A program made the translations under genes and the position numbers. DNA of 64,000 nt from Octopus vulgaris (Eukaryota), in contig OX597816.1 of assembly GCA_951406725.2 (NCBI GenBank), forward strand, positions 64,728,001 through 64,792,000, in the 5' to 3' direction. Below, in pieces: positions 13,098 to 27,115 of this stretch. Positions within the stretch are counted from its first letter, which is position 1; the number at the start of each line of letters is the position of its first letter. The notes under the pieces were generated by a model. It worked only from the letters and a program-made list of their open reading frames with translations, ran no database searches and was not told the origin of the DNA.

Positions 13098-13240
13098 CGT
13101 AGGAGTGGCTGTGTGGTGAGTAGCTTGCTTACGAACCAAATGGTTCCGGGTTCAGTCCCACTGCGTGGCCCCTTGGGCAAGTGTCTTCTACTATAGCCTC
13201 GGAAACTGAAAGAAGCCCGTCGTATATATGTATATATATG

Positions 13241-13271
<31 letters not shown>

Positions 13272-13497
13272 GTGTGTATGTATATGTTTGTGTGTCTGTG
13301 TTTGTCCCCCCTCACCGATACTGGTGTGCTTGCGTCCCCGTAACTTAGCGGTTCGGCAAAAGAGGCCGATAGAATAAGTACTAGTCTTACAAAGAATAAG
13401 TCATGGGGTCGATTTGCTCGACTTGCTCGACTAAGAGCAGTGCTCCAGCATGGCCACAGTCATATGACTGAAACAAGTAAAAGAGTAAAAGAGAGTA
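13097..13497 (+). mobile_element. SINE family B (with internal deletion)
   Basis: GTAGGAGTGGCTGTGTGG...GAAACAAGTAAAAGAGTAAAAGAG. Confidence 0.88.
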
Positions 13498-14048
13498 ACG
13501 AGTATACATACATATACATATATATATATATATTTGTATGTGTGTGTGTGAGTGTGTGCATGTGTGTACACATGTATGTATAAGGTAAATAAGCTTACCT
13601 CAGCTGCGTTTAATAGAAAACAGGCAGAAAAACATTACAAACATCAGATGACGTCGATCCGGACCGTATAGTTTGCCCAGTTGATTGATACTTTTTAACT
13701 TTAATAGATGCAATAAACTGTAGAAGCCATAAAGACAATTTATGAAAACTTTGTATGCACGCACACACATAAGTGTATGCATATGTATGTGCGTGTATAT
13801 ATATATACCGTATGTATGTATGCATATACATATATAAATAAATATATATATATATATATATATAAAAATGGTCAAAACCTTTTACACACGAACTTAGTTC
13901 GATTTGAAAACCCCACTAGAATAGGAGAAAGCGCTAATACATGATCTAAGTTATATGATGTATAAAAACATATAATATACAAATAAATATCTGTAAATAT
14001 AAAACCATCCGAATTTCTGAGTACCTCATTTCTTCTAATATATACATA

Positions 14049-14439
14049 CTAGCAGTATCGCCCGGCGTTGCTCAGGTCTGTAAGGGAAATAACTTTATAA
14101 GCATTTTTAGAGATGTAAATTATAATAGCCATCTCAATATGGCTAACCACAAAGGGGGAGTGTTACTGTAGCTTTTTACGTTCTGAGATTTAATAATAAA
14201 TTTTTAGAGAGTTACTTCCCTTATATATGCCAAAAATGCATTAAAAATGAAAAAAATTGATGGTAATTTTTTAAAAATCGTAGACTCATCGTAGACGCGC
14301 GCTAATACCCAGAAGGGCTCGATATGAATCACGACTATAAGATACCCGGTTTTGGTTAAACTGCACCGCAAGATGTGGGAGTAGTTAGGAATCTAAATCG
14401 TGGGAGACAGTCAGCAGACAACCTCTCTTTTATATATAA

Positions 14440-14442
<3 letters not shown>
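14049..14442 (-). mobile_element. Non-autonomous Helitron
   Basis: The minus strand starts a|TCTTTATATATAAAA and ends with the hairpin CCTGAGCAACGCCGGG, then CGATACTGCTAG|t. There is an A/T target and no TSD. Confidence 0.8.
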
Positions 14443-14487
<45 letters not shown>

Positions 14488-16229
14488 GTATATTTGTGTG
14501 TGTGTTTTTGCGTGCGTGTATGTATGTGTATGAGTGTCTGTGTCTGTGCAGGTGGTACTTCTATTAGAGACGGAAGGAACCACGTACATTTGCAGTAGAT
14601 ATTTCATATATCGAGTGGATGCTACATAAACTTAAAACTAAATGACAACAACAGAGGTAGGCCAGTGGCAGTTCTAGAGACTTCAGTCAAAATGCAGAAT
14701 GGCTGTGGCGTTTCCTCACTCCTGTCATGTTTGCATTCAAGTAGGTCCGGCCAAAGTCTTATCATTCACAATAGAGGGCGTAGTCATTTGTTTGGTGAAG
14801 TGATTATTAGAGGATTAAAAATGCAAAGTTTAGCAAGAGGGGAAACTGAATTGATGTGGTTGTGCGTGCATGCACGTACGAGTTTATATATATATATATA
14901 TATATATATGTATGCTTTAGTGTATGGTTGTAGGCTATTTAGCTATTGTGGATCTTCGTGCAATATTTTAGGTATCAATAAACCTAATTATTGGAAATAA
15001 AATGTTTGATTATTTTATTCTATCTTTTGCTGAAGCAAACATCGAAAAGTAATGTACTTTTAACTACCTGTTGTACATGTAAAGCTGCTAAAGCACATAT
15101 TTTAAACTTGTGTATATAACACCCCAATTCGAACCACTCGTAGTAGCATTAAATATTATATATATATATATACATACACACAATATTTATGTTCATACAC
15201 AGAGATCTAGACATGGATTAGAAGATGGGTAGAGACAGACAAGCAAACGGATAGAGTTAGGCACAAACAAACGGAAATAGACAGATAAACAGACGGACAG
15301 TGTTGATATATCATAATAAATCTGTTTTAAAAAAAAAACAGTGCAAAATGGTGAAGAGAACTTTAGTGAAATCCGATTAGAATAAACGAGATAATGAGTT
15401 AAAGATGAATAAAAACGAAACAAAAACAAAGAATTACGAAGTCGGAAAATCCAATTTTGGTTTACAAGACGTCAGTTGTAATTAGATAATAAAAATACCT
15501 CTAAGTTAAACAAAATCAACAATGTTTAAAGTGCAAACATTTTTTTTATATATCGAGCCAAACTTCTTCCTTTTCATATATTTCCAAACAGTTTACTAAC
15601 ATTCTTTTAATTTTCCTTCGTAACATTTCGCTATTGGTGTAATTCGCATTCTTATCTTATTCGATCATACTAATCTTAAGAGATTTATGGTATCAGTAAG
15701 GTTTCGTCTACTATGTTCGCCTGTCACACAGGTGTTTCCAGGTTCCAATCGCACATCACGACACTTTTGACAAATTTCTTCTTCCGCCGCAACTTAGTGT
15801 CAACCAAAGAGCTTTAGGTGGAATGATGGAAGCAGAGCAGGAACCCGTCTCGTAGACATTACCTATCTCGTAGACATTACGGTAGACTTAATTCGTCTTC
15901 CGACTCTCACTACCGACTGGTCCTTAATGCTAAGACTTCACACAGATATCAAATTTGAGGTTAAATTTTGCCAACTAGTTACTGGTCCTTGAGAATTATT
16001 TGGGAGGTACCTTTCTTAATCTATACAAAATTATAAGACTGCAATATATTCTTAATATAATTAGTGTAATCTGAGTTCAAATGGTACCGAGATCGACTTT
16101 TGCCAACCAACAGTTCGAAGTTAATAAAATAAGTACCAGTTGAACATTACATCGACTTCGTCATTCTCATGAAATTGCTGGCCTCGTGCCAAAATCTGAA
16201 TGAATATTACGAGATCGATAAAATGACTC

Positions 16230-17672
16230 CTTTGGCGAACCGCTATTTCAATTTATCGATATCGTTTGTCGAACCGCTAAGTCATTTTATCGAAGTCGAT
16301 TAGCGAACAGCTACGCCATTTTTTCGATCTCGTTTGTCGAACTGCTAAGTCATTTCATCGAACCCGTTTGGCGAACCACTACGTCATTTAATGGAACTCG
16401 TTTGGTGAACCACTACGTCTTTTTTTCGATGTCGTTTGGCGAACAGCTAAGACATTTTATCGAACCCGTTTGACGAACTGGTACGTCATTTTATCGAACT
16501 CGTTAGGCGAACCGCTAGGTCAATTTATCGATCACGTTTGGCGAACCGCTACGTCATTTTATCGATCTCGCTGTTGAACCGCTACGTCATTATATCGATC
16601 ACGTTTCGCGATAAGCTACGTCATTTTATCGATCTTGTTTAGCGAAACGTTAGGTTGTTTTAGCGAAATTTTTTACTGAACCGCTACGTCATTCTTTCGA
16701 TCTTGTTTAGCGAACCGCTACGTCATTTTATCGATTTTGTTTAGCGAAACGCTAATTCATTTTATCGATCTCGTTTGCCGAACCGCTACGTCATTTTATC
16801 GACTACGTTTGCTGAAACGCTAAGTCATTTTATCGAACTATTTTAGCGAATCGCGAATTCATTTTATCGAACTCGTTTGTCGGACCGCTACGTCATTTTA
16901 TCGATCCCGATTGGCGAACCGCTAAGTCATTTTATCGATCCGTTTGGCGAACTGCTATGCCACTTTATCGATCTCGTTTGGCGAACCGCTAAGTCATTCT
17001 TCGAACCCGTTTGGCGAACCGCTACATCAATTTATCGATCTTCTTTGGCGAACCGCTAGTTCATTTTATCGATCTCGTTTATCGAACCTCTAATGCATTT
17101 TATAGATATCGTTTGGCGAACCGCTAGGTCATTTTATCGATCCCCATTAGCGAACCGCCACGTCATTTTATCGATTACGCTTGTCGAACCGCTAATTCAT
17201 TAATCGATCTTGTTCGGCGAAGAACTACGTCATTTTATCGATCTCGTTTGGCGAACCGCTACGTCATTTTATCGACCTGGTTTGGCGAACCGCTAGGTCA
17301 TTTCATCGATCTCGTTTAGCGAACCGCTACGTCATTTTATCGTTCACATTTGTCGAACCGCTATTTCATTTTATCGATCTCGTTTGGCGAAAAGCTACGT
17401 CATTTTATCGATCTCGTTTGGCGAACCGCTATGTCATTCTTCGGACCCGTTTGGCGAACCGCCACGTCATTTTATCGAAAAAGTTTGGCGAACCGCTACG
17501 GCATTTTATCGATCTACTTTGGTGCACCGCTATGTCATTTTATCGATCTCGTTTATAGAACCGCTAGTGCATTTTATAGATTTCGTTTGGCGAACCGCTA
17601 AGTCATTTTATTGATCTCGTTTAGCGAACCACTAAGTCATTCTATCGAACTTGTTTCGCGAAGCGCTACGTC
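16230..17672. repeat. 34-bp minisatellite, about 42 diverged units (consensus CGTTTGGCGAACCGCTACGTCATTTTATCGATCT)
   Basis: Head-to-tail 34-nt periodicity with no unique spacers. Confidence 0.95.
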
Positions 17673-17697
17673 TAAAAGTGCACTGAATGTTTAATCA

Positions 17698-18089
17698 TCT
17701 GAATATATAAAACTGAAATTGTCTGTGTGGCAGATTTGGTAGGCTTCAACTAACACTAACTCCTCCGAGACCCTGCTGCGCAAGTTGATCAAAATTGAGA
17801 GTATGATAGAAGAAGGCTTGCTCTTAATTCTATAGGAGTTAAAATTCAAATCGGACCATGTTAAAGCCAAAAACTATTTACATCAAAAGGGGCTTTTTTC
17901 TATGAAAATTCCTAGTTTTTACGATTTTTTGACTGCTGTGTCGCCATTTTACGGTGTATTTCAACCAGGAAAATGTTCACTTAAAGAGAATAATAAGCTA
18001 CATAATGCAAAAGTTTTACTTTTCAAAAATTCTAATTGTAAAGGGTCGAAAAGACAACAAACCCGAGCAACGCCGGACAATACTGCTTG
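17698..18089 (+). mobile_element. Non-autonomous Helitron (same family as 55755-56143)
   Basis: a|TCTGAATATATAAAA start; CCCGAGCAACGCCGG hairpin; CTTG|t end (mutated CTAG). Confidence 0.8.
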
Positions 18090-18701
18090 TATTCGATAAA
18101 TTTTTGCCCCATGAAAATAAACACTACTAAAATAAATATTTAATGAAGTGAGAGAGAGAGAGAGAGTGAGGGCTGACATGGATTCGTGTTTTAGGCAGCT
18201 GAGTTCATGTGTATAATATGATTATTCAACTTGTGTATAGTCTATTGGATGTAGAAAATAATGCTTTTCCTATTACCACTACTCATAACAGCCCTTCAAT
18301 ATTGCCTTCATTACCATACGCTTTCAACATTTCAAGCGAACGAGAGAGCTTAAACGTGGTACCGGACTTGGCAGAAACATCAGTCATATTTCTACTAATT
18401 ACTATGATTGAATTTTTCTAAATATTGTGGGAATTTTCTTGACAGAGAAGTTTTGAGTAGGCATAACAAAAACAACATATCTTTTTACGCTTGTTATCGT
18501 CTCCTTTATTTTCTCGTTGTTGCCTACTTCTTTCATAGAATATAGAATCCATAGCTGTTTGTATGCTCTTAACGTAAAATGACATATGTCAGGTTTAATA
18601 GAATGCTGGAAAACAAATCCTTAAACCCGATAAACATATCTACTTTATACAGATTATTTTGATCAACGTGTTTCTGACTGATGTTTAAATATCTAAACAT
18701 A

Positions 18702-18919
18702 CGAAGGGGGTGCTGAAAACATCCTGGTTTTAAGGGTTTCATGAAAAGCCTCCTTGGAGGCTCAACCTTCCGAGTTCTTTTACAAATCTTAAAAAATCTG
18801 AAGGACTACTGCAGTAAATGTATGCATCTGAGAGTGGAATATGTTGAATAGAATCAGAATAAACTGATCTTCCTGTATATTCTTTTACCCAAAGCCAGGA
18901 ACGTTTCGGAACCCCCTCG
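18702..18919. mobile_element. Mariner-type MITE with TA TSD
   Basis: ta|CGAAGGGGGTGCTGAAAACATCCTGG ... CCAGGAACGTTTCGGAACCCCCTCG|ta, an imperfect TIR pair. Confidence 0.7.
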
Positions 18920-19109
18920 TATAGTATAGGTTTTTAATAACGGCCTGTGTTATGGATGTTTTTGAATAAAGTTTGAGGAATTTGTATATTTATGTCGGTG
19001 TATTAATTCATTTCCTAAGAACAGATTTTAAATTTTGTTTCCCTAGACACGCGCTCAATCTAACCATCAAATACGGCAATCGTGACTCTTATATCTTTTA
19101 ATGTTTTAA

Positions 19110-19475
19110 AAGTTGAACAGGGGCCATGGTGGGGCCACACCTTGAAGAGTTAAGCCGACCAAGTCCCGTAAGTACTTATTTCTTAAATCTGTTACTTATT
19201 ATAATTGGCCTATTCAGTCGAAACTCTATGTCATGATACAAAAAAAGCAGCCCTAGTTGTGAAACGATGATAGGGAACATACATGCATACATACATGCAT
19301 ACACACACACACACACACGCACACACACACATATATACATATATATACATACATACAAACATATATATGCATACATGCATGTAGATGGAATTTCACAGTT
19401 TTCTATCTATCATATTCACTTAGAAAATATTTGTCGACCTTAAGCCATGCAGGGAGACACTTACCCAGTGTTCTC
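19110..19475 (-). mobile_element. Old SINE family B copy
   Basis: GGCCATGG..CCAC..CTTGAAG...AGTACTTATT, an internal microsatellite, and GACACTTACCCA. Confidence 0.55.
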
Positions 19476-20681
19476 GGCTATAGAAGCTGAGTATCCCCAA
19501 TTCTTTACAATCTTTCATAGGCTTCAAACATACTTCTATTAAATTAGTCTTGGTTGCAATTGTTGCGGTGAAATATTACATCCATCACATTCGTGCAGAA
19601 TTAATAGATTTTTTTTCATTTGGTTTGCTTCCCAGCTTCCTCAGTAAATGGTTCAGGTTCTTAAAAGTATTGTTAATACAATAAACCACCATGTTTTCCT
19701 TCCCTTTAAATGTAACATATAGTATTAAAAAAAAACATGTAATCAATTTGGCTGTTAGAAATATCAATAAACAAGATAGTATTTACACAAATCTTACCTA
19801 AATGAAAAAAAGTTTGTAAATACTAAGCCGTGATTCTTAAACATGTTGCTACTTCAAGACAAATCATGTGATTTCTCCCAAATAACTATTCTCCGTGAAA
19901 TGTGGTAATACTTTTGTAATAAAAAGCTTTCAGTATTTTAGAGTAATATATGATTACCGCTTTAGCTATTTCCATTTTCATTCTGAAAATATTTATTTAT
20001 CGTAACGGTATTTCAATTATGGTTATATGTAAATGCATTATATTTACATAGTGTAGAAATAATCGATAGGAGTTATATAGCTACAAATGAAGGTTTCAGA
20101 AAAAAGTAGTTTTAATTCTTATGCTAGTTATATTTCGGCAACTATGAGACAAATAAACATAATGTAAAATATTATCCAGTTAATGTAAAACAAATGAGAG
20201 AAAAGCCAGACAAGAAATCGAATTACAGTAAAACCATAAGAATTTTAAAGAAATTCTTATTGCTAGGAGCCTTATTAAAACTATTCCGATTTCGAGACAT
20301 GTGGTAGCTGAATGGTGTTAGAAATATATGCATTAGCTGAGGAGTTTAGATAATGAACTTAAGCAAATCTATTTTCTTGTTTATCTGGACAGAACATTAA
20401 GATTCGACGAATTTATTTATATGCTTCTTGTTATTTCAAAATAATATCCTACGGCTACAAATTTTGGAGACTACTTCAATTTATATAAAGTAAGGTGTTT
20501 AAGACACAACCACAACCTATCTTCGAGTCCGATATCCTTACTTGGAACATTGGGAGAATGTCTGATGTTTTTGCTTTAGGTTGTACAATACCTTGTGAGA
20601 GGAAATTGACTGAAAGAATTGGTGCGAGTGTCCAGTATATATCTTTTAAATATTTTGTTTCCAATTTTTAACGCAAAAAAC

Positions 20682-20744
<63 letters not shown>

Positions 20745-20779
20745 CGATGCATATATGCACACACATACACAAACACACG

Positions 20780-20849
<70 letters not shown>

Positions 20850-20857
20850 TTTAAATG

Positions 20858-21115
20858 TGCGGAGGCGCGTGGCTTAGTGGTTAGGATGTCAGCATCATGA
20901 TCGTAAGATTGTGGTTTCAAATACATCCTGGACCGGGCGACGCGTTATGTTCTTGAGCAAAACACTCCATCTCACGTTGCTCCAGTCCACTCATCTGGCA
21001 AAAATTAGTAACGCTGAGATGGACTGGCGTCCCGTCTAGCTGGGGAAAACATACGCCATTGAAACCGGGAAACCGGGCCCACGAGACTGGCTAGGCTTTA
21101 AAACGGTGCATTTAT
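20858..21115 (+). mobile_element. tRNA-derived SINE with family C 3' half (V-SINE-like GATGGACTGGCGTCCCGTC)
   Basis: A box TGGCTTAGTGG; tail GAAACCGGGAAACCGGGCCC..GGCTAGGCTTTAAAA. Confidence 0.8.
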
Positions 21116-21533
21116 TTATTTTATATTTATATGTACATATGTGTGTGTATATACATGTATATATACATGTGAGTGTATGCTTGTGTGTTAACTTTCTTCT
21201 GTTGTAGTTAACGTGACAGGAGGGAATGAAAGCTGCTTGATCAGTAGAGGCACAGCGCTGCTGCAATCCCACGGTTCGGTCTTTGAAAGAGCACTACGGG
21301 TGCATGCTGTTCGATTCCAATTAGATATGCACTGATATTTGGCACCAAAGGTCTCCAGTGTTCGGAACGAGTTGTGGGCCTGGATAAAGGTCGATAACAC
21401 TCACTGAAATAAAGGAAGTTATGACAAAGAGCATGAGGGTTAAATCGCCTGTTTTACATGGTCTGGGGTTCTATATCAATCATCGGCGAATCTCCACCTC
21501 ATACAAATCGTCATAAAGTTGCCGAGTAATGAA

Positions 21534-22159
21534 GGCGGCGAGCTGGCAGAAACGTTAGCACGCCGGGCGAAATGCGTAGCCGTATTTCGTCTGCCGTTAC
21601 GTCAAGAGTTCAAATTCCGCCGAGGTCGACTTTGCTTTTCATCCTTCCGGGGTAGATAAATTAAGTACCAGTTACACACTGCCGTCGATATAATCGACTA
21701 AATCCGTTTGTCTGTCCTTGTTCGTCCTCACTGTGCTCAGCCCCTTGTGGATAGTAAATAAATAGGTATTTCGTCTGCCGCTACGTTCTGAGTTCAGATT
21801 CCGCCGAGGTCGGCTTTTCCTTTCATCCTTTCGGGGTCGATAAATTAAGTACCACTTACGCACTGGGGTCGATGTAATCGACTTAGTCCCTTTGTCTGTC
21901 CTTGTTTGTCCCCTCTGTTTAGCCCCTTGTGGGTAGTAAAGAAATATGTATTTCGTCTGCCGCTACGTTCTGAGTTCAAATTCCGCCGAGGTCGACTTTG
22001 CCTTTCATCCTTTAGGGGTCGATTAATTAAGTACCCGTTACGCACTAGGGTCGATATAATCGACTTAATCCGTTTGTCTGTCCTTGTTTGTCCTCTCTGT
22101 GTTTATCACCGTGTGGGTAGTAAAGAAATACGTATTTCGTCTTCCGTTACGTTCTGAGT
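21534..22159 (+). mobile_element. SINE family A multimer (three full bodies plus a partial fourth)
   Basis: GTATTTCG restarts at 21582, 21766, 21948 and 22132. Confidence 0.88.
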
Positions 22160-22630
22160 AACTACTCGTCTGATATGGGTACACTAGGCACATGCATCAC
22201 AACCATATGTGCGCTACATGGTAATCTCATATCAAGATAAACATCGCAAGACCTTGCAGATGGGGTCCAGTTAGAATTTTATTCTGGTCGAGTAGCCCAT
22301 CCCGCTCAAAAGGTCCCTGAATAAGGATTGTTTAAGGATGTTGAACGAAACACCCATGTTTCCAAAGTGAATTACCCAAACCTCTAAGAATTCGTTTCAA
22401 CACATGGATACGATGCTCCCTCACTACTTCTGCTCGTGGTCAGAGATTCACATATTGTCAGCCACTAAGGGACATGGTCAATTTGTTAAGGGTAAACAAC
22501 TGACAAGCAAATCTGTGGTATTGAGCAGAATATTTGCTGTAGCCTATCTTTTATACCAAGACAAAACAATGTACATACTAACACTTCCAATCAATTAAGA
22601 TCAGAAGCCATGAGAGCCACTGCCTGGTAC
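22160..22630 (-). mobile_element. R4/Dong-like LINE 3'-UTR fragment
   Basis: Reverse-complement homologue of 36160-36580; adjacent to (TTA)n. Confidence 0.6.
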
Positions 22631-22651
22631 TTATTATCATTGTTGTTATTA

Positions 22652-22692
<41 letters not shown>

Positions 22693-24451
22693 ATTATTAT
22701 TATTTCTTTTATTATTATTATCATCATTATTACTAATAAGGAAGTCAGCTGAAAGAACGGTTAGAACGGTTAGCAAAATGTTACAAGCTGAAATTCCGTA
22801 AAGGTCATCTTTGCCTTATGGACGTTGCCTTTCGTCTTTTAAGGGTTAATAATATAACATCAGTTACGCACTGGAGACTATGTAATCTGTTTCCCCTGCC
22901 CCGGACTTGAAACCGTTATTATTATCATCATCATCATCAATACTATTATTATTATTAGTAGTAGTAGTTGCAGCAGCAGCAGTAGTAGTAGCAGTACTAG
23001 TAGTAGTAGTAGTAGTAGTAGTAGGCATTGAAATATATTTTGTTAGTCGACTGTCTGATATATATATATATATGAATTCAATGGATAGTTTTAGATAGAA
23101 TATGATCATAAAGAGGGAGGCATTCTATAAAGTATTTATCTGTCGTCTTTCAAAGAAAAATAGGTTTCTCTAAGCAAAATTTTCTATTCACTTGCTGACA
23201 ACTATTTCAAACATATAATCTAAGACAGTATGTCCCATAAACAATACTATAACAAAGATTAAAAAAATATAAAACATACGAGCACGATTATACACACATC
23301 TCTGCTTTAAAATATTCGGTAGAAGACCTTAAATTAACAAGGAAAATAGATCGTCCGCCATGATGCCCAAACGGCGTTCGAGGTATGGAATCAGAGGAAT
23401 TTTTTTTAATTGCCTTCACAAGTACTTTTAAACGAGAAACTTTTTAAAGCCCTTATCTCTGAGATTTCTATAAAAATATACTAGTTATGTCTGTCATTGT
23501 GTATCTAATGGGAATCATATTTCTTCAAGCTTTATTGACTACTTTGAACTCCCAACAGAATTCTCTCTTTTGTTCATACGTTGCATTTATTTCTATTTCT
23601 TCCCCTCAATAATATCCTTGATATATTTCTAATCGATTTATAGAGGTAACGTTCTTGTTGCAAGACCCATACTTCACTGCATTCAAAATAAATATAATCT
23701 TTTTCTTGTCATTGTTTGTGTGATGTATCGTAAATGTGTCATTATTTTTCTTGTTTTCTGTCTAGACATGATAATTTACTTAGGTTCCAGTTGATAATAC
23801 GCTAATTATAATTTATTACTGAAATACCTAATGTATTACTGCCTTTCACCTTTTTATTATCTCTTTTAAGTATTAAATTAATGGATTACGCTGTACCTTC
23901 TTTATTATTTCTCTTTAATTTTTGTATATCGAATGTGTCTAGCTTGTTAATTCTTAATTATTAGTAAATCGGCGCTTGGTTTACTTCTCGTAACACTTCG
24001 TTTTATTTATCATAAAATTAACTGTTTTTATTAATTTTCCTGTCACCAAAAACTCTTTGCACACTTTCTAAGCCTAATTTCATATCAATGTCTCCAGTAA
24101 AAATCGTTTGTGTCTATATCAGTATTTCCAGTTGTTTATCCCCTACTACATACAAGTTGAGACTCTCGGTATACTGTAGTTGTTCGGTGCCCCAAACCCT
24201 TAATATTTCCCAGGGAAAAAAGTAGTAGATTTCGGGTGCTCGTTTTTGAAGTGACAGAATTATTATTATTTTTATTACTTTCCAGGAGACATTGTAATTG
24301 CATGTTCCTTGTGTTAATGATATCATCTTTAAGAATCTTAAGCACGTGCAAAACATTTCTTTCCTACTGAATTATCTATCTTGCGAAACTTTCATTACAT
24401 GACTACCTGTACGATGTTGTAGGCTTTACGTTTTGCTTATGTATTTTTTTT

Positions 24452-24847
24452 TTCTTTTACTTGTTTCAGTCATTTGACTGTGGCCATGCTGGAGCACCGC
24501 CTTTAGTCGAGCAAATCGAACCCAGGACTTATTCTTTGTAAGCCTAGTACTTATTCTATCGGTCTCTTTTACTGATCCGCTAAGTTACGCGGGCGTGAAC
24601 ACACCAGCATAGGTTGTCAAGCGATGTTGGGGAGGGGGGCAAACACAGACACATAAACACACACATATATATACATATATATACGACAGGCTTCTTTCAG
24701 TTTCCGTCTACCAAATCCACTCACAAGGCTTTGGTCGGCCCGAGGCTATAGTAGAAGACACTTGCCCAAGGTGCCATGCAGTGGGACTGAACCTGGAACC
24801 ATGTGGTTCGTAAGCAAGCTACTTACCACACAGCCACTCCTACGCCT
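24452..24847 (-). mobile_element. SINE family B, full length
   Basis: Close reverse-complement match to the other family B copies; ends ...CACAGCCACTCCTACGCC. Confidence 0.9.
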
Positions 24848-25605
24848 TATATTTGGCCTTATATTTGTCTAAATATATTTCAATAATTTACACAGAATAA
24901 GTTTTGTTGTACCAACATTTGATACTTTTTTTCCTCCAATTTTTTATTTTTATATTTGGATATTATCTCCAATTCGTTTCAATATATCTTATTGTCTATC
25001 TGGTTCCCGATTCTATTGAATCACATTTTTGCTGGATATCCCCAATAGCAACATCCCACAAATATCCTTGATCACGTTCTGTTGTATCCATAATATATTT
25101 TCTACCATCGCTTTTACTGCTTGCTGCGTATTTTTCCGGTGTATATTTATTAAATCTATTTTCTATTAGGATTTCTACTGTTATGCATGAAAATGTTAAT
25201 AGTGTCTTAATCGTAGATATATCATCACTGGTCCAAGACTGGACATTATGGTCGGTTGCTCCTTATCGCATTCAAAATACCTATTATTTTTATATGATTC
25301 TTTACTCTACTTTAAACCTGTGTATCCTGACAATCCGTCCAGTGTTTTATTGATATCATTAAGTCCATACCAAATGATAAGGTATAAAAGAACGAAATAA
25401 GTTCAAAATTGTCGCCTCCTTACTACACATACAACTCACTCCTACGATGTTCCCTCATTCACTTATTATTCAGTTTGTATATCTGAGATTTCCCTCTTGG
25501 TATTCGATAAAAATATCATAAAAGGCAAATACTTATCTATATTTTGTTATGGCTATAATTTTAACAGATTAAATGTTCTTTTGGCTTACAACCTTAAAAG
25601 ATATT

Positions 25606-25838
25606 TATTTCTTTATTGCCCACAGGGGGCTAAACATAGAAGGGACAAACGAGGACGGACAAACGGATTAAGTCGATTACATCGACCCCAGTGCGTAACT
25701 GGTACTTATTTAATCGACCCTGTATAGGATGAAAGGCAAAGTCGACCTCGGCGGAATTTGAACTCAGAACGTATCGGCAGACGAAATACTGCTAAGCATT
25801 TCGCCCGGCTTGCTAACGTTTCTGCCAGCTCGTCGCCT
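25606..25838 (-). mobile_element. SINE family A monomer with TSD
   Basis: Flanked by CTTACAACCTTAAAA at 25585 and 25845. Confidence 0.88.
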
Positions 25839-26635
25839 GACAACCTTACAACCTTAAAAATATTAAACTCGACATAAGTATCCGTTTTACCACCGTCGGT
25901 TTTGTATTAGTTATTCATCGTTACTTATATTTCATAAAATATTTTAGGTGTACGACGTCCCTGTATCCTTGCATCTCTGCTGAATAGAATATATATGGCA
26001 AATTTTAGGTGATCTACTCCAAAATAAGATGTTATATTCTTTGGATTTCTATCTAGTCTTACTAATTGATTCAGAGTCCAGTTGTAATGTATAAATTATC
26101 ATACTACATATTAGCTATAATTTTTTAGTCATGATTTATTTATTATATTTAATATTTAATTATCAATTCCATACGTTAAGACTATTCCAACGTAAATTTT
26201 CGCTTCATGTCTGTATTTTGTATTCTCTTAATTCCATTAATTCTTAAGTTTTCCCAAGTCTGTATATATATTCGAATGTTGTTTGTTTATCTAAATGGTT
26301 ATTAATTGTTTTTCATAGTTTTCTTCACTCATTTAGGCTGCATTTGCGCAATTCCTTGCAAACCATATGACTCATTAATTCTTCTGCTAAAAATGATTAG
26401 TGTCTCTAACAGTATTTCTGGTATTCCCAGCTGCTTCATAATCTACAGTATACAACCTAAGGCAGTCCTTATTACCAGAACAATGATCGATTGTCTTCCT
26501 CTAGCTTTTGTATCTGGATCTAGATTGGTACAGCATGTTAACTAAAGAAATAACTAAATATGAAAAAGTAGCTAATTACGAGAGTTCAATATTCAGAGAC
26601 TGTGAGTGAGGAAGAGATAGTCAGACAAAGACAGA

Positions 26636-27115
26636 GAGTGAGTGAGTGAATGAGTGAGTGCGTGAATGAGTGAGTGAGTGAGTGATTGAGTGAATGAGTG
26701 AGTGATTGAGTGAATGAGTTAGTGAGTGAGTGAATGAATGAGTGAGTGATTAGGTGAGTGAGTGAATGAGTGATTGAGTGAATGAGTGAGTGAGTGATTG
26801 AGTGAATGAGTGAGTGAGTGAGTGAGTGAATGAATGAGTGAGTAGGTGAGTGAGTGAGTGACTGAGTGATTGAGTGAATGGTGGTAGTAGTAGTAGTAGT
26901 AATAGTAGTAGGAGGAGGAGTAATGGTAGTAGTACGAGTAGTAGTAGTAGAAGTAGTAGTAGTAGGAGGAGGAGGAGGAGGAGGTGGAGTAATAGTAGTA
27001 GTAGTAGGAGGAGGAGGAGGAGGAGTAATAGTAGTAGTAGTAGTAGTAGGAGGAGGAGGAGGAGGAGGGGCAGCAGCAGCAGTAGTAGTATTGTTGTTGC
27101 TGTTGCTGTTGTTGC
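26636..27115. repeat. (GAGT/GAAT)n followed by (AGT)n/(AGG)n/(GCA)n/(TTG)n compound simple repeats
   Basis: Seen directly; it explains the poly-T/P/S/V ORFs. Confidence 0.95.

Larger units (their letters stand above)
23170..26530 (-). mobile_element. Heavily decayed LINE 5' half (ORF1-like region plus APE endonuclease), interrupted by two SINEs
   Basis: The minus strand near 24020-24110 reads TIFTGDIDMKLG...FGDRKINKNS (like GDFNAKLG..G..N.NG). LGNIKGL lies upstream, and there is strong strand skew. Confidence 0.45.

Noticed and set aside
13870-14040. Possible PLE terminus with GAG-GTA-CTC-AGAAATTCGGAT on the minus strand
   Set aside because: There is no CUGA core and the cleavage position is G; only the TA-adjacent context is suggestive.
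16230-17672. CRISPR array
   Set aside because: The units are contiguous 34-mers with no unique spacers, there are no cas genes, and the context is eukaryotic.
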